Virus record (IMG/VR): IMGVR_UViG_3300033141_005269
Span: 1 to 64,000 of that record
Source: a virus
Strand: one strand, 5' to 3'
Length of the DNA stretch: 64,000 bases
The position numbers and the translations under genes are program-made. Shown here piece after piece: positions 40,747-48,976 of this stretch (the first letter of the stretch is position 1; each line of letters opens with the position of its first letter). The notes under the pieces are model-generated. The model saw only the letters and a program-made list of their open reading frames with translations, ran no database searches and was not told the DNA's origin.

Positions 40747-42946
40747 TTAATTTTCGTTATTGATTTCAACTTTGACGTAAACCCATCCTTGAGGCATTGG
40801 GTCTGGTCGTTGACCAGTTGAAACTAATACCGCGACAGAAGCCTTACTAGCAACATCTGAAAGTAATTGTTGAGTTTCCTCGTTATCCCAATCATAGATG
40901 TAAAAATCCGAGAAAATCACTACAATGTCCTTTGAACGCATTAAATTAATAACTCGACGTAGAACCGGAGCGACTTCAGTACCTCCGCCGCCACGAATAT
41001 GCGAAATTACCTTCTCGATTACGTCTTGTTGAGTTCGCCCTTCAATTGTTTCGTAAGCCGAAGAATCCCAGCAGATAACCGTAAATTCACATTTCCTCGC
41101 GATAGAATAAAGCTCTGTCATAGCTTGCGTGATTTCCGTATCAGACATCGAGCCACTCATATCTGGCAAGAAGAACACCTTGGGAATTGTATACCTGATT
41201 ATCCCTGGCAACGCTGGATGCTTGCGAGATGCTCGCCGATAACTTGAAACAACGGTTTTCCCAAGCCCAGTCATTATCGCTTGTCGAAGAATTGTTTCCC
41301 AGCTTACTTTCGAGTGTAGCATGCGGTCAATAACTCGTTTAAGTCCAGCTGGAACAGTACCCGCTAACTTCTGCGTGGAATAAGCTCGAATAACCCGGTC
41401 TCGCCATTTCTGCTCGAGGTCGTCTTCGGAGTTTTCTTGATTGTAAATTTCGGGGTCGCCTTCCTGCAAGACTTTGCCTTCGAGGTTATCATCGCCTTTG
41501 AGGTCATGAGTTAATCCATCTTCAATTTCATCGATTGGAATTTCAATCCCTTGTCCACCAGAACCTTTTTCGAACTGAACTTGTGAAGTCCACTCATGAC
41601 CACAAGAATCACATTTGAATTTAGCTTCGCCGTATTTAACTGAAAACTTCTTGATTCGAATTTGTTTGCTGCCACAAGCCGGGCATTTTGGAGCTCCGCC
41701 TGAAGGCATAGAAATTTTTGGGATTAAATCGTAAATTTCCTCTTTGCTCATTTTAGCTAAATCCTCTTCGTTATACTGAAACTTTTTGAAGAAATCATAG
41801 AACGCATTGAAAAACCGACGAATTGTCCAAGTCAGTCCGCTGAGCTGATATGGCGTTCGCAAGAAATCATCAATCATATCGTTGTTTAAAGAGTTTTGAC
41901 TCGCATATATCGCCATATTTTCTTATTATTTCTTTTCCTAAACTAAATTGGAATTCTGGATTTCGTTCTTGCCCCTGTTTATGCAGTTCCTTAAGAGCCC
42001 AGAAAATCCATTTAATTTCATCGGTTTCCCATGTCAAATTTCTAAGACGCTGTTTGCCTCGAATTTGAATCAAACGGTAAACTAGAAGGGCTTGAGGTTT
42101 TTTGATTATAAGAAAAGGAATTATTTGTTCTAAAATTGATTTTGAGCGAAACCAACTGACACATTCAAAGTTTAAATATAGATCTACTCCTTTGCCACGC
42201 TTTCTTCTTATTTTTCTGATTTTGAAACCAAATTTTCTTGAGATTTCTTTTCCAAAAAGGCTACTTTGTGTTATTCTAATTACAGGATGAGGGTATCGCT
42301 TGCCATTGACATTACTAAAGGTGATGGAAATCGTTCCATCTCCATCTATTAGTCCAGCTAAATAAGCTCTTTCGGTTTCTGAAAAGAGTTTTTCCTTGTC
42401 GATCCACCGTTTTTTCCAAATGTCTTCCATTGTCAATCTTCCGCTTAAACCTTTTCTATCAAGGAAACCTTTCAAAGTTGTCCAACGACAACCTAATTGT
42501 TTTGCAATATCATCTAATTTCATTACTCGATAATTTTCAAGAACGAATTTCTCCCGCTCGGGAGTCCAGAAAACCCGCTTTGATTTCATCTTATATCAAG
42601 AAATTATTACATAAATTCCCTAATAAGCCTTTCCTTTTGGCGACATAATGCGATCTGTCACAAGATTCCACATGAAATGATTTCGATGACCTGCTCGTTT
42701 GGCATCTCGGAAAGCAATATGCATTGTCTCATGTGCGAGAAGCCATGCTTTAGCATCAGATTGCAGATTAGCCCAGAATTTGGGATTAATTGCCATGATA
42801 TCGTTTCGAGTTACTCCAGCAGTAGGCACATCTTCGCTTAAGATTATGCGAACCCGGCGAAGTAAGCTTGAGATGAATGGAGCCACGACTGTTAAGGCTG
42901 AGCTAAACTCATCATAATCCTTTTTAATTCGCTCGAATAAATCCAA
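40747..42946 (-). CDS. HExxH metallopeptidase-like + VWA protein (DUF2201-like), spliced complement(join(40747..41894,42655..42946)), about 479 aa
   Basis: LAHETMH; junction WNLVT-D-SLNND; MIDAS DMSGSM, GGGGT, FSD; adjacent to the AAA gene. Confidence 0.85.
41870..42589 (-). CDS. Intron-encoded LAGLIDADG endonuclease with N-terminal HTH; linear stop lies in the downstream exon
   Basis: YLAGLIDGDG; IIPFLIIKKPQA. Confidence 0.9.
   Translation of the reverse strand: MKSKRVFWTPEREKFVLENYRVMKLDDIAKQLGCRWTTLKGFLDRKGLSGRLTMEDIWKKRWIDKEKLFSETERAYLAGLIDGDGTISITFSNVNGKRYPHPVIRITQSSLFGKEISRKFGFKIRKIRRKRGKGVDLYLNFECVSWFRSKSILEQIIPFLIIKKPQALLVYRLIQIRGKQRLRNLTWETDEIKWIFWALKELHKQGQERNPEFQFSLGKEIIRKYGDICESKLFKQRYD
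41895..42654 (-). other. 760-nt BHB intron in the VWA gene
   Basis: UGAC/GUCA central helix, bulges AGA and AAA, about 15-bp intron helix. Confidence 0.9.
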
Positions 42947-42972
42947 AAACGAATCCTCCAAAAAATTAAGGA

Positions 42973-45900
42973 TTAAGCTGCAATCGCATCTTTTAATCCA
43001 ATCGCTATTTTGCTGAGTGTTTTGCGATAATGAGGTTGGTGGAGTATCAACTGTTGAAGAAGTTTTATTAATTTCTGTCTTTTCATCGAAGTGCAAGTTA
43101 TGACCAGAAATTCAGTTCGCATGGAAGACATTACATCGATGAGCGGAAAAGCTTTCTTCATATCCTTCGCTTTGCTGAGCCAACTCGCGAGCATAATCGC
43201 ACTCATGTATTGAGCATCGAACGCCAAGTTACGAAAGCTTTCTGGTTTCTTGATTAATTCGTTTATGTTGACTTGAGTTTTCATGAACGCTTGAAATTTG
43301 GCTCCAACTTCTTGCCCAACATATCCTTTTATATCATCTGGTGAATCAAAGCCTTCTTTCAATTCGAGAGCGAGCCAAGACCATGTTATGCCGGAAGCTT
43401 ATAACTTCTCTCGGCACGGGATATGGGTCAAGTGTCTCGCGTCTTCTCGGTGGCATCATTAGATAATTTTCGTCCTGAAATGCTATTTCCCGGCTATAAA
43501 TGGTTTTCCCTTCTTTTTTGGCATTCATTCAAAAGTTTGAGAGCAACACCCTTTTTGATTTTAAGAAATGGAATTATCGACTCAAGAAAAATTATAATAT
43601 CGGTCATACGTTGAATTCGCCAGTTCCAACAAATGCCATATTTTCCATGTTTAGAACCATAAATGAATCCGCCGACCTTATCTTTCAGCCAAAGCATGAT
43701 TTCCTTATTTTTATTTGCAATTCCTAAATGGTGTTGATAGCCCTTTATTTTGTCGAAATGACAATAACCTTCTCCATCAAAAAGACCAGCAATATAGAGG
43801 AGATCATCTTTGGGCGGAATTTTGATTGTTTGTTCGAATAGTTTCGGTTTTCTAGTCTTTAGTCCAATACTTTCCAAATATTCAGAAATTATCTTTCGAT
43901 CGCGATGAAGAAATTTAGTAATTTGTCTTATCGTGAATCCTTTTGAATATAGTTTTCTAGCTTGCTCTTTTTCGGCATCTGAGAATTTTTTTCTTCGCCT
44001 TTTAATTTGATCCTCAAACTTCTTTAATACGCGAATTACAGTTGTAACCGCGCAACCAGATCTTTTAGCGATTTCCTCTAACGAAAGACCCTTTCTATAA
44101 AGTCTAAGGATCGATTGATTACGCCTCGAAATTTCTGATCTTTTCTCTTTGGAAAGTTTCGGACTTCTTCTCATTTCATTTGGTAGAGTTTTCAAAATTC
44201 GCGAAAGAGTAGAATGACCGATACCATATTTAGAAAGAATCTTTTTCCATTTAATTCCATTGATGTAATCGGAAACTATTGCTTTTCGGGTGTCCTCAGA
44301 TAACTTCATTATTGCCACAATAATAAAAGAGGGAAAACTCACTTATAAACCTGTAGGAAAGCATATGTTCGCTTGTCCCAAGCATCGCCATATTTCTCAT
44401 CCATCCACTTCCGCCAGTCATCTCAGCGGTTATAAGGAAAAGCCCACATATTCTTCTATTTCATTTATGACCATGGAAACTTTATCGCGTTTAATAACCA
44501 GATAAGGAAGAATTAGCTTCAAGATTTTGCCTACTTCAAGAAGAGGGTATTTCGCCCAAGCATAAACATTCTTTTTGGAGGTATATCCCGCTATTTGCTT
44601 GCCCTTTGGATCGGAAATTGTTATTCCGCCACCAAATCTACTTACTAGCCAAGACATGATATCTTTTGATGTATTATAAACAGAGAGTCTGACTTCTAAA
44701 GTTTCTTTTTTCCAACGTTTCCGTCGTTGAGTTACTAACGAACCCTCGCCATCGAATAAACCTGCAAAGTAAATTAAATCTTTTTCTGGAATATTATTCC
44801 TCATCACTGGATGTTTGAATCGATGGCGGGTTATTCCATGCTTTTCAAGAATATATAAAATCGTAGTGTTCGAGACTCCAAGTTGACGCGCAACCTCTTT
44901 GGCATTATGGCAAGCTAAATAAAGGCGAATTACTTCCTCTTCATTAAGTTTAGATTTAAATTTTTTCGCTCGGAGTTTCCATGACATCTATTTCAACCAT
45001 AAGAAAGTAGTGGGCGGTAACTTATAACCTTTACTGTTGGTGGTTGGATGCGAATGATTTTAAATCGCGAGGCTAACGGGGCAGAAATTAAATGTGCAAT
45101 GCTGGAATGTTCAGGGGCATTGCCCGCTGCGATAACCATAGTTCCAGAACTGAATTGAACAAAGCCCGCTAGATGGTCAAGAATTACTGGATAGCTAGCA
45201 GCTTCGACATCGGGCCTATTAATTTGTGTGAATTCGTCCGCGAATAGTATTCCAGAAGTGCATGAATGCAACACAGCCCAAGCGATTCGCCGGAAGGCTA
45301 AACCTCAGCCAAATTTTCTATTATAATACTCGACTAGGATAGGATACTTTTCTTCAAGAAATCTTATTACTTTTTCCGCTTGCTTTCGCTTTACGATTAG
45401 ATATGGCAAAACCGATTTTAGAATGATGTAAGCCTTGAACCGATCATAAGTTTGCCAATGATAAACTATTTCTTGATGGAAAGAATAAGGCTTTGAGGCG
45501 TAATAATTAGATCCAAATTTCTTCTTCAGCCATTCAGCTAACTCTTTCGAGGTATTTGCAACTCGCACGCCTATTCGCCTTTGATAATCCCGTCCCTTCC
45601 ATTTATCGAATTTGATATTGCCATCAGCATCAAGCATACCCGCAAAATAAATTAAGGAATCTTTGTCTGGTAACTCGAAATTTTTAATAAACGGTCTTCT
45701 CGTCTTCGGCTTAATCAAGCCAAGTCTAATTGCTGTCATCCTTACACAAGCGGAAGAACATCCTATAATCTCTGCAATTTGTTTATAAGTTAAATTCGAA
45801 GTAATTAAGAACTCCTTGATTTTGTTTACTTTGAACTTATCTAGTCGGTTCATAATAGGAAATATAGCCTCATGGGATTTAAACCCTCCTGTGGCTCGTA

Positions 45901-46239
45901 GAATGAAGTATGATTATGGCTTCTGGGAATGCCTATCAAATCCTCTGGGGCAATTGTTGATAAGCGGATATCAGTTAGCACGAAGTAATTATCTGGCGCG
46001 TTCAATATTTCGAAGAACTCTTTTTCTCCATCGTGAGAAATCACGAACTTGCCTTGTTTCCAACGCAATCGCATGCATATGAACTTCTTGCCGAGTTTTT
46101 GTGCGATTTGTTCCGCGGCTTCATAAACCGAAATTGATTTCCCGATTCCTGGCGCACCTAGTACGAGCAAAGCTCGTCGCCTTGCTACTTCACTGAAATA
46201 TCTTCTGACTATATAATTCCGAAGCTCGGAAATCCTCAT
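42973..46239 (-). CDS. MoxR-like AAA+ ATPase in five exons (45891..46239, 45031..45285, 44353..44421, 43410..43485, 42973..43387), 387 aa
   Basis: GAPGIGKS, DLIGIP, ILFADEF, AAGN, LASRF, PVPRTW; exons sum to 1164 nt = 388 codons. Confidence 0.9.
43388..43409 (-). other. 22-nt BHB intron 4 of the AAA gene
   Basis: GCCG/CGGC helix, bulges AGA and AUA, hairpin GAAGUU-AUA-AGCUUC. Confidence 0.88.
43486..44352 (-). other. 867-nt BHB intron 3 of the AAA gene
   Basis: UCCU/GGGA helix, bulges ACA and AAU, long intron stem; junction AFL-L-AFQ. Confidence 0.85.
43494..44318 (-). CDS. Intron-encoded LAGLIDADG endonuclease with tandem N-terminal HTH repeats (start GTG 44318 or ATG 44309)
   Basis: YIAGLFDGEG; three HTH-like segments. 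Confidence 0.88.
   Translation of the reverse strand: MAIMKLSEDTRKAIVSDYINGIKWKKILSKYGIGHSTLSRILKTLPNEMRRSPKLSKEKRSEISRRNQSILRLYRKGLSLEEIAKRSGCAVTTVIRVLKKFEDQIKRRRKKFSDAEKEQARKLYSKGFTIRQITKFLHRDRKIISEYLESIGLKTRKPKLFEQTIKIPPKDDLLYIAGLFDGEGYCHFDKIKGYQHHLGIANKNKEIMLWLKDKVGGFIYGSKHGKYGICWNWRIQRMTDIIIFLESIIPFLKIKKGVALKLLNECQKRRENHL
44422..45030 (-). other. 609-nt BHB intron 2 of the AAA gene
   Basis: CAGU/GCUG helix, bulges AAA and AGA, perfect GGUUAUAAG/CUUAUAACC stem; junction PPTV-N-DW. Confidence 0.9.
44430..44987 (-). CDS. Intron-encoded HTH-LAGLIDADG endonuclease
   Basis: YFAGLFDGEG; ILPYLVIKR. Confidence 0.9.
   Translation of the reverse strand: MSWKLRAKKFKSKLNEEEVIRLYLACHNAKEVARQLGVSNTTILYILEKHGITRHRFKHPVMRNNIPEKDLIYFAGLFDGEGSLVTQRRKRWKKETLEVRLSVYNTSKDIMSWLVSRFGGGITISDPKGKQIAGYTSKKNVYAWAKYPLLEVGKILKLILPYLVIKRDKVSMVINEIEEYVGFSL
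45286..45890 (-). other. 605-nt relaxed BHB intron 1 of the AAA gene
   Basis: AGCC/GGCG helix with one A-G mismatch, bulges ACA and AAU, GGAGGG/CCUUCC stem; junction YEP-L-AW. Confidence 0.8.
45305..45853 (-). CDS. Intron-encoded HTH-LAGLIDADG endonuclease
   Basis: YFAGMLDADG; VLPYLIVKRKQA. Confidence 0.9.
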   Translation of the reverse strand: MNRLDKFKVNKIKEFLITSNLTYKQIAEIIGCSSACVRMTAIRLGLIKPKTRRPFIKNFELPDKDSLIYFAGMLDADGNIKFDKWKGRDYQRRIGVRVANTSKELAEWLKKKFGSNYYASKPYSFHQEIVYHWQTYDRFKAYIILKSVLPYLIVKRKQAEKVIRFLEEKYPILVEYYNRKFG

Positions 46240-46263
46240 GTTAATCCTCCAAAAATTCGAGAG

Positions 46264-46992
46264 TTACTTCAAGGCTTTACTCAATCGATACGGCGCAACC
46301 ACATCTTCCATTTGTTGGATTATTGCGTTATTATGCTCGCGAATATCTTTTACTTGCTGGTCAGCTAATTTGAAAAGCTCAACTAACTCATCGATAAACT
46401 GAGAAGCAAAATGAATATCGCTGTAATAGTTAATATGAAAGCTTTTCGAGAAGCTTCGATTGGAATAAATCTCTATTCTTGATGGTGTATTTGTTTCGAG
46501 TTTAATTGCAGAAACTTCGAGAGGAGTTAGTCTGAATGAACGAGAAAGAGAATAATCGAAAACCTTCTTTACTTCTGGTAGTTTATAAATTACTTCATTA
46601 TCAGATGGTCGTTTTATCTGCTTTGTAAGCTTCACTAACTTATCGAAGTCTTCCATAATGCTTTTGCGAAGATGTGGAAGAATCTGGTCTCCGTACTTGA
46701 TGATAAATTCGATGAAATCGGTGTAAAGATTTCTTCCATAAGTATACCAGCTGGTCTTAGCTCGGAACCAAGTACCAATTGCCAGACGAGTAGGACGCCA
46801 ACCTTCATCGAGCTCAATTTGAGTTACTGTATATTTTCTGCGAAGCGGTTTAAGTGATTCAAACGCAAATTTAGTTCGCGAATAAATCATGTTTTCAAGT
46901 AAGCGAGTGTTAACCTTTTCTGCAGTTTCGAGTATGAAAACGAGTTTTGGTTTAATTTCCCGAAGATGTTGAATTATCATGAAAACCTCCAA
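46264..46992 (-). CDS. Hypothetical protein (start likely ATG 46980)
   Basis: Long ORF immediately upstream of the AAA gene. Confidence 0.65.
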   Translation of the reverse strand: MEVFMIIQHLREIKPKLVFILETAEKVNTRLLENMIYSRTKFAFESLKPLRRKYTVTQIELDEGWRPTRLAIGTWFRAKTSWYTYGRNLYTDFIEFIIKYGDQILPHLRKSIMEDFDKLVKLTKQIKRPSDNEVIYKLPEVKKVFDYSLSRSFRLTPLEVSAIKLETNTPSRIEIYSNRSFSKSFHINYYSDIHFASQFIDELVELFKLADQQVKDIREHNNAIIQQMEDVVAPYRLSKALK

Positions 46993-47221
46993 AATAGAAA
47001 GAATGTTAAGTTAGTCCAATCCGGCTATGAATGCCGCTAGAATAGAAAGTATGAAAATGTAAAGTCCAATACAAAAGACAAGTGAAACTAAATTTTGCCA
47101 GAAGCCGATTGGTTGAAGGAATTGCCATAGCAACCATACTGGAATTGCTGGAACGATGAGTACTATTATGACTATTAGAATTAGAAACAAATCTTCACGA
47201 GACATTTTTTCCCTCCAAAAC

Positions 47222-47425
47222 TTAAGATGTCAAGCAATTAGCCAAGATTTCCTCGAGAGAAACTCGTTTACCACAAGACTTCCAAAAATCAACTAGAGAG
47301 GAGCCTATTTTGACTAGAGTGCAAACAGATGGACATGAAGAAAGATCTGGACAGAACCTGCAACAAATGAATTTGTCTAAACCAGATTTAATTTCGCACT
47401 CCTGAAGGCAATATTTTCTAGTCAT
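47222..47425 (-). CDS. Cys-rich small protein
   Basis: KYC..CCRFC..SLEEILANCLTS; paralog of 47739..47915. Confidence 0.65.
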   Translation of the reverse strand: MTRKYCLQECEIKSGLDKFICCRFCPDLSSCPSVCTLVKIGSSLVDFWKSCGKRVSLEEILANCLTS

Positions 47426-47706
47426 TTGCGACGCAACCTTTCAGTAATTAAGATTATTTCGTCAGAAATTTGCTCATCAAACTCGATAACTTTGAAAGCC
47501 TTTTGCAAACTGAGTAAGTATTTTCCAATTACCGAGTCGTGGAAAAATTCTGGATTTATTTCCCCGGTATAACAAAGAACTGCTAATGCATGTGGGCAGA
47601 AAATATCATCGATTTGACAAGTACAAGTCAGCGATTCGTCAGAAAACTTAACCAAGAAAAGATTATTCCTTTTGTCTTTAACCAAGAATTTTCGCATGAT
47701 TATCAC
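47422..47706 (-). CDS. SWIM Zn-finger protein
   Basis: RKFLVKDK..CTC..CPH. Confidence 0.7.
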   Translation of the reverse strand: MIIMRKFLVKDKRNNLFLVKFSDESLTCTCQIDDIFCPHALAVLCYTGEINPEFFHDSVIGKYLLSLQKAFKVIEFDEQISDEIILITERLRRK

Positions 47707-47738
47707 TTGTAATAAGTATTAAATACCTCCTCCAAAAA

Positions 47739-47915
47739 TTAAGAAGTTAATTGTTCAGCAATAAGCTCCTCAAGAGAACATCTGTATGGGCAAGGGTCAC
47801 GATAGAAAACGCACATGGGTGACCGTATACATGTTTTGAACTTTTCGCAAAAATAACAACAATATACCTTTCCATGTCTGCAAGGACCTAATCGGCAATA
47901 TTTTTTCTCGGACAT
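47739..47915 (-). CDS. Cys-rich small protein, 58 aa
   Basis: Manual translation MSEKKYC..CCYFC..SLEELIAEQLTS. Confidence 0.65.
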   Translation of the reverse strand: MSEKKYCRLGPCRHGKVYCCYFCEKFKTCIRSPMCVFYRDPCPYRCSLEELIAEQLTS

Positions 47916-47917
47916 TA

Positions 47918-48217
47918 TTATCCACGCCCCATAGAATCAGCAAGACGGATTATTGTGCCGGTAAGCTCTGGGTCGATTTCCTCAACATTAAACAGACTGC
48001 TTAATGATTCGACATAAGAAATATCATCAAGCTCATCGATTTTGCCGAGATTAATGTTGAACTTGAACCACACTTGCAGAATATGCTTGCATGTCTTCCT
48101 TCTGAAAATCCAGTATTTACAGTCGCACTGCCACTCATCGTTTCGAGTTAAGCTCACAATGTATTTTTTCCTCGAAAGTTTATCAGTAACAACAAATTTC
48201 CTTTTCCATCGTCCCAT
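47918..48217 (-). CDS. SWIM Zn-finger protein
   Basis: WQCDC..CKHI. Confidence 0.8.
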   Translation of the reverse strand: MGRWKRKFVVTDKLSRKKYIVSLTRNDEWQCDCKYWIFRRKTCKHILQVWFKFNINLGKIDELDDISYVESLSSLFNVEEIDPELTGTIIRLADSMGRG

Positions 48218-48513
48218 TATTCATCACCCTTTAAAGCGAAAGAAATTAAGGCTATATCATTCGGAATATCCGGATTAATTTCGATAATGCGAAAAAGGTC
48301 TTTAACCGCGAAAGATATTAAAGTAATTGAATAACCAAGTGAGTCTAAAACGACTACCGCATGAATGCAAGGACGAGGAACTTTATTTCGACCACAAGTA
48401 CAAGAAATCCGTGGTACATCATCTATTGGAGCCATAAGCTCAACGATGAATTTTTTCTTTGTAAGTTTATTTTCAACCAGAAACTTCCTCTTCATACTTC
48501 TGGACGAGCTCAT
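48217..48513 (-). CDS. SWIM Zn-finger protein
   Basis: RKFLVENK..SCTC..PCIH. Confidence 0.75.
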   Translation of the reverse strand: MSSSRSMKRKFLVENKLTKKKFIVELMAPIDDVPRISCTCGRNKVPRPCIHAVVVLDSLGYSITLISFAVKDLFRIIEINPDIPNDIALISFALKGDE

Positions 48514-48708
48514 GTTTAATGCCCTTCATTTCGAGGAAACTAAGAAACTCCTTGAGTCCGTCTCGTGGTTTACGCTTTCTGAATTCGCGCCAGACCCTTT
48601 TCATATAAACTGGGTCAGCCCAAATTTTGATTATTTGAATCATATCATTTGTGCGAATCCAGTAAAAACGTGCTTCCAAAGAAAGCAAACCTCCAAAAAA
48701 TAATTTGC

Positions 48709-48960
48709 TCACTTGGTGAGCTGAATTTCGATTGTTGAGACCCGAGTTACTTTTCCTTCGTTTTCGAGTTCCTCTGTGCCAATTTGAACGCTTTGAACCG
48801 AAGCTGAAAGCGTCCGAGCGGCTACTTGTGCAACATCAACGGCATGACTGATTGCACGTCCTCTAGCCTTAATGACTACTTCTGGTTCCTCGTTGAAAGC
48901 GTTTACGCATGCCAAAACGTAAACCCATGTCGGCTTTTTACCTACGAGAACTTCCTGCAT
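48709..48960 (-). CDS. albA: Alba DNA/RNA-binding chromatin protein
   Basis: VLVGKKP..YVLA, VVIKARGRAISHAVDVA, IGTE, VSTIEIQL. Confidence 0.92.
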   Translation of the reverse strand: MQEVLVGKKPTWVYVLACVNAFNEEPEVVIKARGRAISHAVDVAQVAARTLSASVQSVQIGTEELENEGKVTRVSTIEIQLTK

Positions 48961-48976
48961 GTCAAGTCCTCCAAAA

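Larger units (their letters stand above)
32129..40769 (-). other. Array of roughly 25 short co-oriented hypothetical ORFs
   Basis: Tightly packed minus-strand ORFs, most preceded by TTTTGGAGG. Confidence 0.75.

Noticed and set aside
42947-43096. N-terminal extension of ORF 42620..43096
   Set aside because: It overlaps the last AAA exon; the GGAGG SD points to TTG 42946.
45280-45900. Alternative intron 1 fold with a 3-bp central helix and a GAA bulge
   Set aside because: It gives an out-of-frame product; the 4-bp register gives YEPLAW.
41870-46239. Reading the AAA/VWA locus as pseudogenes, inteins or group I introns
   Set aside because: The inserts contain stops or frameshifts and lack intein termini. 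The endonuclease ORFs fill almost all of each long insert, leaving no room for a group I core. BHB geometry restores the frame at all five sites.
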